Made by a program: the position numbers and the translations under genes. A stretch of 56,454 nt of DNA from an uncultured Rickettsiales bacterium (GTDB taxonomy: Bacteria > Myxococcota_A > UBA796 > UBA9615 > JAKLKC01), in the NCBI GenBank assembly GCA_964426935.1, contig CAYRTW010000001.1, forward strand, positions 1 to 56,454, written 5' to 3'. Positions 43,131 to 52,112 of this stretch are shown here, one piece after another (position 1 is the first letter of the stretch; each line of letters begins with the position of its first letter). The notes beneath the pieces were generated by a model, which saw only the letters and a program-made list of their open reading frames with translations, searched no databases and was not told the origin of the DNA.

Positions 43131-43221
43131 GAGGGCTCAACAATCCGCCTGCCCCTGCGGGGAGGCACCAGGGCCGGAGCCGGGCGGGCCGGCAAGGGTG
43201 AGGCGACGCCGGGGGGCCCGG

Positions 43222-44160
43222 CTACTCCGCCTCTTCGTCAAAAAGGAAGGCGGGAACTCCCTGAAACTCAAACGTAATGGAGATCCGGGAGCAGCCCTCT
43301 TCGGTCTCTTCCAAATCTGAGGCCAGCTCCAGCAGCCCTCCCAAGATCCCCGCCAGATCGGCGTCCACGTTTTCAGTCACCGCCACCGCGATCAGATCGG
43401 CCACGTCCACCGCCCCACCCATGACTCCGGTGAAGGTCCCGTCTTCGTTCCAGTCGACCCTCAGCCCCCCGTCCAACATGGTGAACTCCAGGTGGACGTC
43501 GAAGATGGTGATGGGCACCACCAGGGTCACCCCCCTGGCCTCCACCCTCCCCTCCGACAGGGTCAGCCCCTCTTGCAGGATGGTGGCGATCTCGGTGTCC
43601 TGACCCACCGTCTGGTGACTCTCCAGAAACCCATCGGTGCCCAGCATGGGGGTGCCGGCTCCCCGCAGCAGTTCCAGGTCCACGCAGTCGTCGGTCGCCA
43701 GATCGTCCACCCCGTTCATGCGGAGGAGGATCATCAACTCACCGGAGTTGATGGCGCTCTGGATCAGCCCCTCCACCGCCTTGGCCTCGGTCATCTCCAG
43801 GGCGGGGAGGAGACGGGCAAAGGCATTGTCAATGCCAGGAGTCCCCTCGGGGTCGGTGTAGTCACCGATGCCGCACCCCGAGTCTCCCCCCTCTTCGGTC
43901 ACCGTTTCATCCAGGTCGAACCCGCTGGATATTCCTTCATCGCTTGCTCGTGCGAAGGTGAGAGTTTGCAACACCCCCACCCAGGGCTGATCGTTGTTGG
44001 CGCAGGCGGTGGCGGGGATGGAGGCGTCGTCATCGCTGACCAGGGGAGTGGTGTCGTCGTCTCCTCCACCCTCTTCGCCTGAGCTGGGCTGGCACGAAGC
44101 CCCGGTCAGGAGAAGAAGGCCCAGGGTGAGGGACAGGAAGCAGCAAGAAGAACGGGGCAT
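43222..44160 (-). CDS. Lipoprotein of unknown function, last gene of the DUF1592/DUF1552 operon
   Basis: MPRSSCCFLSLTLGLLLLTGASC is a lipoprotein signal, followed by an acidic linker (GGGDDDTTPLVSDDDAS). The start lies 1 nt after the upstream stop. Confidence 0.65.
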   Translation of the reverse strand: MPRSSCCFLSLTLGLLLLTGASCQPSSGEEGGGDDDTTPLVSDDDASIPATACANNDQPWVGVLQTLTFARASDEGISSGFDLDETVTEEGGDSGCGIGDYTDPEGTPGIDNAFARLLPALEMTEAKAVEGLIQSAINSGELMILLRMNGVDDLATDDCVDLELLRGAGTPMLGTDGFLESHQTVGQDTEIATILQEGLTLSEGRVEARGVTLVVPITIFDVHLEFTMLDGGLRVDWNEDGTFTGVMGGAVDVADLIAVAVTENVDADLAGILGGLLELASDLEETEEGCSRISITFEFQGVPAFLFDEEAE

Positions 44161-44161
44161 G

Positions 44162-45487
44162 TCACACCTCGATGGCGGAAAGGCCGTCGGTCACCCGGCC
44201 CTCGTCCACCCCATATTCGCTCTGGTTGATCCCCATGGCTCGGATGAGGGACAGAAGCACGGTGGAAACGTTCTCCTGGGAATAGGAACGGTAATGAACG
44301 CCGGTGCGGAGGGCCCCCGCCGCCGAACCGGCGATGACCACCGGCATTTCGTCCAGGGAATGGAGCCTCCCCAAGGAGACCTCAGAGCAGCCCAGCACCG
44401 CGCAACTGTCCAAGAGGGTGCCGTCTCCCTCGGGAACCGCCCTCAGCGCCTCCACCAGGTAGGCCATCTCGGTGACGCACTGAACGGTGATGGCGTGAAC
44501 CTGGGGCTGGTCGTCGGGCTCGTCGTGGGTCAGGTTGTGGTGGCCGTCGGAAGCGTCAGGAAACAGGGTGTTGTTCACCGGCTCGGTCAGATAATGGGAA
44601 AACACCCGGGTCTGATCGCAGGCCAGGGCCATGGCCAACATGTCGCACAGGGCCCGGCTGCGGGCAGAAACCTGGGGGCGACCGTCCTGATCGGGATACT
44701 CGGCCAGGGGCTCGGGAGGGCGGGAGCAGGACTCCAGGTTGGGGGGATCCTCCTCCAGGCGGGCGAGGCGGGTCTCCAACTCCCGAATCCCGTCGAGATG
44801 CTGTTCCAGGCGGATGGAATCGGCCGCTCCTACCCTCTTCTTCAGGCGATCCACATCCCCCATCACCGCGTCGAGCACCGAGCGACGCAGGCCGATGGTG
44901 GGATCGACGATCCCCTCTTCCCCCGGCTCCCGGAAGGTGGACCCGAACAGCCTCTCATAGAAGGCGTAGGGGTTGTATTCGGCTGGATTTCGATTGTTGG
45001 GACCATTGTACGAAAGTCCGACAATATCCGTTCCGGCCGTCTGCAACGAGCGATAGAGGGTTTCTCCTCCGATCTGGGCGGCGATGACCTGATCGATGGT
45101 GGCGGTGGAGCAGGTCTCCGATCCGTCCAGTTCTTGTTGGGGAGCCGCCGCCAGGATTCCTGCCGAACCGGAGCCATGGGGGAAGATGTTGGGGATCTTG
45201 ATGGACATGCCGGTGACCACCGAGATCACGTCCTTGACGTTGGCAAAGGGAGCCAGTTGGGGGGACAGTTCCCAGGTCTTTCCCTCGCCTGTGGGGGTCC
45301 ACAGGTCGGGGATGTTGCCGTTTCCCCAGAAGAAAAGACCAAAGCGAAGGGGAAATCCGGTGGTGGAAGCCCGAACTCCTCCCCTTCCCAGGGGGAGCAT
45401 GGCCTCCAGGAAGGGCAGGGAGAGGGTGACCGCCGTTCCCCCCAGGAGGCCCCGGAGGACGGTGCGACGCGACAAGGGGCTTCTCAT
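44162..45487 (-). CDS. DUF1552-family protein with Tat-like signal
   Basis: MRSPLSRRTVLRGLLGGTAVTLSLPFLEAMLP is a twin-arginine-type N-terminus typical of DUF1552. The DGHHNLTHDE block is also present. The start overlaps the upstream stop (ATGA). Confidence 0.7.
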   Translation of the reverse strand: MRSPLSRRTVLRGLLGGTAVTLSLPFLEAMLPLGRGGVRASTTGFPLRFGLFFWGNGNIPDLWTPTGEGKTWELSPQLAPFANVKDVISVVTGMSIKIPNIFPHGSGSAGILAAAPQQELDGSETCSTATIDQVIAAQIGGETLYRSLQTAGTDIVGLSYNGPNNRNPAEYNPYAFYERLFGSTFREPGEEGIVDPTIGLRRSVLDAVMGDVDRLKKRVGAADSIRLEQHLDGIRELETRLARLEEDPPNLESCSRPPEPLAEYPDQDGRPQVSARSRALCDMLAMALACDQTRVFSHYLTEPVNNTLFPDASDGHHNLTHDEPDDQPQVHAITVQCVTEMAYLVEALRAVPEGDGTLLDSCAVLGCSEVSLGRLHSLDEMPVVIAGSAAGALRTGVHYRSYSQENVSTVLLSLIRAMGINQSEYGVDEGRVTDGLSAIEV

Positions 45488-47106
45488 TGGATCTCCGCAG
45501 CGGCGCGGAAGGCCGGGCTCATGGCGAGGTCCCGGAGGAGGGCCTTGACCTTGAATCCCTCCTCCGCAAAACGCCCTTCGTGCCAGTCGAGAATGGGAAT
45601 CTCGCCGGGAGCCTCGACGTGGCCAGAACCGTATTCGAACAAGGTCTGCACCAGGCAGGGGGCCAGATCCTCATGGTCGTGGAGCACCTGGGCCAACCCC
45701 CAGGCATCGCCGAAGGTCACCCCGTCCAGGTCAGAAGAGGCGTCGATGAGGACGTTGTTTTCGGTGGATCGCCACCCCCCCAGGCCATCGAAGTTCTCCA
45801 GCCCCAGGCCGATGGGATCCATGTCCATATGGCAGCCAGCGCAGTAGGGGTCGGCGAGGTGCTGGGCCACCCTCTCCCGCATGGTGGGGGCCTCTTCGCT
45901 GGCCTCGGGGATGGAGGTGTTGAGACCGGCGGGAGGAGGTTCGATGTCGTCGCACAAGAGCCTCTCCCGCACGAACTTGCCCCGCAGGGTCACCGAGGAG
46001 GAAGAGGGGTGGGCGTTGGGCCCCAGAAAGCTGACCTGCCCCAGGAAGCCCCGCCGTCCCCCCGCCTCCGGCAGAATCACCTCCCCAAATCCTTCCTGGG
46101 AGGGGGCCTGCACCCCGTAGATGGCCGCCAGCTTGCGATCAATGAAGGTCTTTTGGGTAATGAAGAACTCCCGATAGTCGGCGTCCTCGGCGAACACCAG
46201 GTCCATCAACCCGAGCAGGGTCTCCTCCCGGGCAGCGGGTCCTACCTCGGCGCTCATGTGGAGATAGATCTGGGTGTCCTTGTTGAGAGAGTCCAGGTCG
46301 TAGAGGGCCAGCATTTCCGAGAAGAAGTTGCGAAGGCCCTCCTCAGAGCGAGGATCCTCCACCATGCGGTCCACCTCGCTGGCAAGCCCGGCCTCGGTGG
46401 TCAGTTCCCCCGAAGCCGCCGCCTCCAGAAGAGCATCATCGGGAACGTTGTTCCACAGAAAGAAGCTCAGGCGAGAGGCCATCTCCCAGTCGGTGAAGCG
46501 ATACGCGCCGGGAGATTCGGGATCCTCCTCCCCCAACTCCACCCGAAACAGGAAGTGGGGGGACTGGAGCAGGGCGGCCAGGGCGTACTCCAGACCAGCG
46601 TAGGGATCGGCCAGGGTGGTTCCCGCTTGCACCGCGAGAGAGGCGATCCTGTCCACTTCGTCCGATTCCAGAGGTCGGCGCCACGCCTTTTTTCCAAAGG
46701 ATTCTACAAAGTTACCAGCGCAGTCGGCATCATCCACTCCAACGGGGGTGCAGGGAAGGATGCGCTTCCTCAGAGCTTCCGAGTCCATCACCTGGGCGGC
46801 CACCTGATAGGCGGCAGACTCGTACTGCTCCACCCCCCATGGCGAAATAGTGGTCAGGGAGGCCCCCACCGACAGGAGCCCTCCTGCCTCCTCGTCAGGC
46901 TCCAGGGAGTCGGGCACCAGCACCTCTTCCCCAAGGAGAGCATGCATGGCGTTGGTGTATTGAAGGGCGGTGAGGCGGCGCAGGGTTGGGGAGGGAGGGG
47001 AAACCGAAGGGGCCTCTTCCTCCATCTCGGAGGCGCAACTCGACAGCACTCCCAGGAGGGGAAGAAGCAGGACCAGGGAGACGATTCGAAGGCGGCAGAT
47101 GGGCAT
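45484..47106 (-). CDS. DUF1592/DUF1595/DUF1588/DUF1585-type lipoprotein (partner of DUF1552) with CxxCH motif
   Basis: MPICRLRIVSLVLLLPLLGVLSSC has a lipobox. Also present: RLSFFLWNNVPDD, NAHPSSSSVTLRGKFVRERLLC, and DPYCAGCHMDMDPIGLGLENFDGLGGWR. This is the architecture I recall for the Planctomycete/Myxococcota DUF158x/159x proteins. Confidence 0.7.
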   Translation of the reverse strand: MPICRLRIVSLVLLLPLLGVLSSCASEMEEEAPSVSPPSPTLRRLTALQYTNAMHALLGEEVLVPDSLEPDEEAGGLLSVGASLTTISPWGVEQYESAAYQVAAQVMDSEALRKRILPCTPVGVDDADCAGNFVESFGKKAWRRPLESDEVDRIASLAVQAGTTLADPYAGLEYALAALLQSPHFLFRVELGEEDPESPGAYRFTDWEMASRLSFFLWNNVPDDALLEAAASGELTTEAGLASEVDRMVEDPRSEEGLRNFFSEMLALYDLDSLNKDTQIYLHMSAEVGPAAREETLLGLMDLVFAEDADYREFFITQKTFIDRKLAAIYGVQAPSQEGFGEVILPEAGGRRGFLGQVSFLGPNAHPSSSSVTLRGKFVRERLLCDDIEPPPAGLNTSIPEASEEAPTMRERVAQHLADPYCAGCHMDMDPIGLGLENFDGLGGWRSTENNVLIDASSDLDGVTFGDAWGLAQVLHDHEDLAPCLVQTLFEYGSGHVEAPGEIPILDWHEGRFAEEGFKVKALLRDLAMSPAFRAAAEIQ

Positions 47107-47170
47107 GGTGGGAAGCCCCAGGTGGGGCGTTTTACCTCGGGGGAGGACGGAAGTGCAACTGAAACATGTT

Positions 47171-48385
47171 TCAATCCGGGGGAAGGTGAAGAGTCACTTC
47201 TGGAAAGGGGGTCAGGGAGCCGCTGAGGAGAGGTTCCCCCACCGGATCTCCCCGGTGATTCAGCAAAAAGGCCAGGACGAAGGCGTCGGTGATGCGAAAT
47301 CCCTGCTGGGGCTCGATCAGCCCTTCCCCCTCATCAATGCTCCCGGAGAAGTCGGTGAAGGTGTTGTGTCCCCCGCCGGTCACTTCCACGAACAGGTTTC
47401 CCGAACGCTCAAGCCCGGCCCAGAAGTCGGGCCAGGCGGCGGCGTTGCCATCCAGGGTGCCCCCCAGGAGAAGGAGGGGGATGGGGATTTCGGTGAGGCC
47501 GGAGACGGCGAACAAGTCCAGATCGCCGGGGGCCATGGACACCGCTGAGGCGATCCGTTTATCCCGAAATCCCGCGTCAAAGACGGCCTCCAGGGTGTCA
47601 TCCAGGGTGGAACAGAACCCCGAGGGCCCGGTGCCTTCCTCACAGGCAGGGACCAGATCGCCCATGGCATAGGCGGCTCCGGCGACGGCGTGGGTGGTGT
47701 AGCCACCGAAGCTGTGACCGATGAGGGCCGCCGGCTCCCCGGGCATTCCCTCCAGGGGATCGCCTTGGGGAAGGGATTCCAGGTGATCCAGCACTGCGGT
47801 GATGTCCCGGGGTCGCTGGGCATATATGGAGGTGGTCCGGTCCTGATAGTCGAAGAGGGTGTTGGTGGTGTGGTCGGGGGCAACCACCAGGAAGCCGTGG
47901 GAAGCGAGATGGGCCATGAGGAAGCCGCTGTTTTCGGCGAACCCCCGGTCCCCGTGGGAGAAGAGGGCCACCGGGAACGGGCCCACTGCGGGGTGGGCGT
48001 CCCTCCACACTCCTTCGGCAGGGAAAAGATCCCAGTAGCTCAGGTCCTCTCCCGAGATGGCGTCGCTGGGGTACCACAGGCACAGGCGCAGACGGCGGTC
48101 TCCTCCATCCACTTCGTCGGGGTAGATCACCTCCGATTCCCGAAACCCTACTGAATATGAGCCCCTTTCGGTGAGGAAGGCGGTGAGGTCGGCGGGGGTG
48201 GTGTCGTCGTCGTCGCCGGAATCGTCATCGCCTGCAGGGGTGTCGTCGTCGTTGGTGGCGTCATCATCTGCCCCAGGAACAGAACATCCCCCCGGCGCCA
48301 GGAGACAGGGGGTGGTGAAGACGGTGAGGACCCAGGGGAGGAGGGATTGGGGAAGGCGTGGAGCAGAACCTGGAGTGAAGGGCAT
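47171..48385 (-). CDS. Secreted alpha/beta hydrolase (PAF-acetylhydrolase/dienelactone-hydrolase-like) lipoprotein
   Basis: ATG at 48385 gives a signal ending LLAPGGC. An acidic linker follows (DDDATNDDDTPAGDDDSGDDDDTT). FSHGDRGF...HGFLVVAPDH, and the nucleophile elbow IGHSFGG, are present. Confidence 0.7.
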   Translation of the reverse strand: MPFTPGSAPRLPQSLLPWVLTVFTTPCLLAPGGCSVPGADDDATNDDDTPAGDDDSGDDDDTTPADLTAFLTERGSYSVGFRESEVIYPDEVDGGDRRLRLCLWYPSDAISGEDLSYWDLFPAEGVWRDAHPAVGPFPVALFSHGDRGFAENSGFLMAHLASHGFLVVAPDHTTNTLFDYQDRTTSIYAQRPRDITAVLDHLESLPQGDPLEGMPGEPAALIGHSFGGYTTHAVAGAAYAMGDLVPACEEGTGPSGFCSTLDDTLEAVFDAGFRDKRIASAVSMAPGDLDLFAVSGLTEIPIPLLLLGGTLDGNAAAWPDFWAGLERSGNLFVEVTGGGHNTFTDFSGSIDEGEGLIEPQQGFRITDAFVLAFLLNHRGDPVGEPLLSGSLTPFPEVTLHLPPD

Positions 48386-48447
48386 GGGGGGGTTGTGACA
48401 CAAGCAAAAGGCAGGGGCAAGGCGGGAGATTCCCTACCGAATGCCAG

Positions 48448-50166
48448 TCACTCCACCCACACCTCCACCGCAAACCGGCTTCCCCTCCCCAATTCACTCT
48501 CCACCGTGAGCTCTCCCCCCAGGAAGCGGGCCAGGGAGCGGGCGATGTGCAACCCCAGGCCTGTGCCGGGAGGGCGAACCGGAGCGACTCCGGGGAGGGG
48601 ACCCGCCAGCTCCCCTTGCTGGAAGGGCTGGAAGATGGCCTCCTGCTGAGAGGGGTCCACCCCCGGCCCGGTGTCCTCCACCGAAAGCCGCAGCCTCCCC
48701 TCGTCTCTCCATTGGGCTGTGATGGCGATGCTCCCCTCGGGGGTGAACTTCACCGCATTTCCCACCAGGTTGAACAGGATCTGGCGCAGCTTGCGGCGGT
48801 CGGTGGTCACGTCTCCCACATCGGGCGCCACCTGGGAGGACAGGGTCAGCTCCCGTCCTTGAAGCAGGAGCCGGGCCAGTTCCAGGGATTCCTGGACCAG
48901 CTCAGACACGGAGAATCTCTCCTTGTGGGTGGCGAGGTGGCCGGCGTCGATTCGGGCCATTTCCAGAACATCTTCGATGAGGCGCAGGAGATCGTGGGAG
49001 CGGGCGTGGATCCCCAACAGGGGCTTGATCTGCCTCTCGGGAATGCTGCCGTACACACCAGCCCTCATCAGATCGGCATAGCCGATGATGGCGTTCAGGG
49101 GAGTCCGCAGCTCGTGGGAGACCGAGGCCACGAACTCGCTCTTGACCCGGGTGGCGGAGCGGACCTCCTCGTACTGGCGACTCAATTCCCGATTGGCAAA
49201 CTCCAGGGAGCGCAGGTGTTGATGGATGCGAGCCTGGGCGGCTCTTTCGGCGGTGATCTCTGTCCCCAGGACCACCACTCCTGACAGGCGAGGACCCTCC
49301 CCCTCCCACAAAGGGGCCACGTCCACCCGGCAGGGAAACTCCTCCCCACTCCGCCGCCTTCCCGTCCACTCCTGCCGAAAAGGTCCCGCCCGCCCGGCGT
49401 GGACAAGAGCGTCTTCCGCCCCTTCTTCTCCGGGAAAAAGATCCGTCAAGGACAAAACCCCCAGCACTTCTCCTTCGATCTGACCGAAGAGTTCTTCCGC
49501 CCCCCGGTTGAACCTCAAAACGCTCCCGCCCTCCCCGACGGCGATGATGAAGTGGTCGGTGGCCGCGTCCAAGACCCGATTCAGGAAGGTGGTGGTGCGG
49601 GTCAGTTCAGCAGTGCGCTCCTCCACCTGCAGTTCCAGATCCAAAGAAAGATTGTGGAGACGCTCCTTCTGGCGCCGCAGCCGGTCGTTGGCCGCCAGGA
49701 GGGCCCGATTCTTTTCGTCCAGTTCCCGGGCGAAGCGGTCCAGATCAGCGGACTGCTCCCTGATGCGAAGGGCCAGGCGCCGCCTCTCCAGGGTGGCCAG
49801 GACGGTGCGGGCAATGCGGGCGGGGGAGGCCCCTCCCTTGGCCAGGTAATCGTCGGCCCCCAGGCGAAAGAGGTCGGCGACCACCGTCTCATCCCCCTCT
49901 CCCGTCACCATCACCACCGCCGGATGGGGGCCCCCCCGCCTCAGGGCCTCCAGAACATCCAGCCCATCCACATCGGGAAGACGGTAGTCCAACAACACGA
50001 GATCACAGGGATTTTCATTCAGCCACTGAAGCGCTGCGGCCCCATCCCCAACGACGGCCACTCGGGCTCCAGGGACTCGAGACCCCAGAACCGAGGCCAG
50101 GGAGTGGGCAAAGGCCGAGTCATCGTCCACCACCAGGATGGAGGAAGGATGGGCCTCGCCGGGCAT
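48448..50166 (-). CDS. Response-regulator receiver / coiled-coil / PAS / histidine kinase fusion protein
   Basis: N-terminal REC: ILVVDDDSAFAH...LVLLDYRLPDVDG. H-box SVSHELRTPLNAI, N-box FNLVGNAVKFTP, G-box GTGLGLHIARSLA. Confidence 0.85.
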   Translation of the reverse strand: MPGEAHPSSILVVDDDSAFAHSLASVLGSRVPGARVAVVGDGAAALQWLNENPCDLVLLDYRLPDVDGLDVLEALRRGGPHPAVVMVTGEGDETVVADLFRLGADDYLAKGGASPARIARTVLATLERRRLALRIREQSADLDRFARELDEKNRALLAANDRLRRQKERLHNLSLDLELQVEERTAELTRTTTFLNRVLDAATDHFIIAVGEGGSVLRFNRGAEELFGQIEGEVLGVLSLTDLFPGEEGAEDALVHAGRAGPFRQEWTGRRRSGEEFPCRVDVAPLWEGEGPRLSGVVVLGTEITAERAAQARIHQHLRSLEFANRELSRQYEEVRSATRVKSEFVASVSHELRTPLNAIIGYADLMRAGVYGSIPERQIKPLLGIHARSHDLLRLIEDVLEMARIDAGHLATHKERFSVSELVQESLELARLLLQGRELTLSSQVAPDVGDVTTDRRKLRQILFNLVGNAVKFTPEGSIAITAQWRDEGRLRLSVEDTGPGVDPSQQEAIFQPFQQGELAGPLPGVAPVRPPGTGLGLHIARSLARFLGGELTVESELGRGSRFAVEVWVE

Positions 50167-50173
50167 CAGGGCC

Positions 50174-51964
50174 TCACTCGACGGAAGAAGGAGGCGAGGA
50201 GCGGCGGCGAGTTGCCCCGGCCAGGAGAAGGGCCAGGAGCCAGGGGGTCAAAGGACGGGAGGAAGGAGAGGCAGAGCAGCCGCAGTCGTCAGGATCGCCA
50301 TCGTCGTCGGCAGCGGAATCGTCATCGGCGGCGGCGGAGGTGTCGTCGTCGGTCTCGGGAACGCAGTCCTCGTCGATGACTCCGTTGCAGTTGCTGTCGA
50401 CCCCGTCACAGCCGTCCTCGGCTTCGCTGTCCATGAGAATGGCAGGGTTTGAGTCGTCGCAATCCCCCTGCTGCTCGGTCTGACCATCCCCGTCGTCGTC
50501 GGTGGCGGCGGGCCCCAGGGTCAACACGTAGGCTCTTCCCCCGTTGGTGTTCTCCTCGTCCCGATCAGGAGCCCCCAGGAGGGCATCCCCCTGACCATCT
50601 CCGTCCACATCCCCGATGCCCGCCGCCGCTCTGCCCGCGAAGTCCCCACAGTTGGGATTGGCACCTCCGCACACCTCGCCGGCATAGACCTCCACATCGG
50701 CCATCACCTGATTGCCAGCCTCAAAGTCCCGCCCCAGGGCCAGCACTCCCGCCCCACTCAATTCCCCGTAGAACTCAAACCCAATGATGAGGTCGTCTTT
50801 GCCGTCCCCGTTCTGGTCCCCCATGAGGTCCACCGGAGTTCCCCGGCCGGCATCGGTGCCCCCTTCTTCCACCGCCACCGCATCGGCTTGATTCAAGGTG
50901 AACTCCCCTCCCTGGGCCAGAGCCCCGCCCGGACCTCCCTGGAAGATGAACACCGCCACTCCCACTCCACCAAACAGGTCGGGGTGGCGATCCCCGATCA
51001 CCAGATCCATCCAGCCGTCCCCGTTGAAGTCGGTAGGACGGGCCAGATTGGCGGCGCACTGGCGGTTCTCTTCATCCCCCCGGATGACCGCCACCGCGTC
51101 CGCCACGGTGACCTCTGCAGGCCAGCGGGCCCCTCCGGAGAACAGATAGAGGGTGCCGGATTTGGAGCCATTTACATCGGAATCGGGGGCCCCCACCACC
51201 AGATCGGGAAAGCCGTCCCCGTCCACATCCCCCACACCCTGCACCGCCGTCCCGAAGGTGTCGTTGTCGGCCTCGCCGTAGAGGATGGTGGGGGCTGCTG
51301 CGAGGGTACCGCCGTCCATCGCTTCCCCGCCGTAATAAACGAACACCGCTCCCTCGTTGGTGCCCTCGTGATCGGCATAGGGAGAGCCGATGGCGAAATC
51401 GTCGAAACCGTCTCCGTCCACGTCCCCCAGTCCGGTGACCGCCCTGCCGGACTGGGAGTTGTCTGGGCCAGTGAAGAAGGCGTCGGCGGCGGTAAGGAGG
51501 GAGGGCCAGGTCTCCCCATAGGAGCGACCCAGGACCAGGGCGATTCCCCCAGCGGTGTTCCCCTCCGAGGGGTACCAGGTGAAGGCGGAGAGGAGGATGT
51601 CGTCAAAACCGTCCCCGTTCACGTCCCCGGTCGGGGCCATCACCTGACCGAAGTTGTCCGCCTCGTGCTGACCAGTGATGCGGGCCAGGGCCAGGCCGGG
51701 GTTGAGGGGGGAGGACCAGCCGTAGGGAAGGCCAGGAAAGACGTAGACCTTGCCAGTGCCCGACTGGTAACCCGGAGAAGCAATGAGAAACTCGTTCAGC
51801 CCGTCGCCGTTGAGATCCCCCGCTGCCGAGACCTGAAGACCGGCGAGATCCTGATCGTCTTCGCCATCGAACCAGGCGGCGGAGTGATCCACCAGGGATT
51901 CCGCTGCCTGGGCCGAACCAGGGAGGACGAACAGGAGGGCAGCGATGGGTAGAAATCGGGGCAT
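50174..51964 (-). CDS. Seven-blade FG-GAP (integrin-alpha-like) beta-propeller protein with one MopE-like module and a MYXO-CTERM-like C-terminal sorting tail
   Basis: Signal MPRFLPIAALLFVLPGSAQA. Seven GD(V/L/Q)(N/D)GDG(F/L/W/K/Q)xD(x)(L/F)(x)(I/V/L)G motifs. The tail is DDCGCSASPSSRPLTPWLLALLLAGATRRR. Confidence 0.8.
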   Translation of the reverse strand: MPRFLPIAALLFVLPGSAQAAESLVDHSAAWFDGEDDQDLAGLQVSAAGDLNGDGLNEFLIASPGYQSGTGKVYVFPGLPYGWSSPLNPGLALARITGQHEADNFGQVMAPTGDVNGDGFDDILLSAFTWYPSEGNTAGGIALVLGRSYGETWPSLLTAADAFFTGPDNSQSGRAVTGLGDVDGDGFDDFAIGSPYADHEGTNEGAVFVYYGGEAMDGGTLAAAPTILYGEADNDTFGTAVQGVGDVDGDGFPDLVVGAPDSDVNGSKSGTLYLFSGGARWPAEVTVADAVAVIRGDEENRQCAANLARPTDFNGDGWMDLVIGDRHPDLFGGVGVAVFIFQGGPGGALAQGGEFTLNQADAVAVEEGGTDAGRGTPVDLMGDQNGDGKDDLIIGFEFYGELSGAGVLALGRDFEAGNQVMADVEVYAGEVCGGANPNCGDFAGRAAAGIGDVDGDGQGDALLGAPDRDEENTNGGRAYVLTLGPAATDDDGDGQTEQQGDCDDSNPAILMDSEAEDGCDGVDSNCNGVIDEDCVPETDDDTSAAADDDSAADDDGDPDDCGCSASPSSRPLTPWLLALLLAGATRRRSSPPSSVE

Positions 51965-52112
51965 GGGAACCCTTCCGGGGTGGTCCCCACCGATGGGTGA
52001 GGCGGGGGGATGCATTGTCCCCGAGGGAGGGATGGAGGTAAAGCCAGGATGGAAGGAGAGGAGGAGGAGAAGAAAGGATCCCCGCTGGGGGGCGAGGTGT
52101 GGATCCCCGGAC

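Noticed and set aside
43131-43221. Rho-independent terminator between the convergent genes 42606..43130 and 43222..44160.
   Set aside because: Only short imperfect GC stems are present (GCCTGCCCC-tgc-GGGGAGGC, and CCGGG-ggg-CCCGG) and there is no T/U tract. This is too weak to call.
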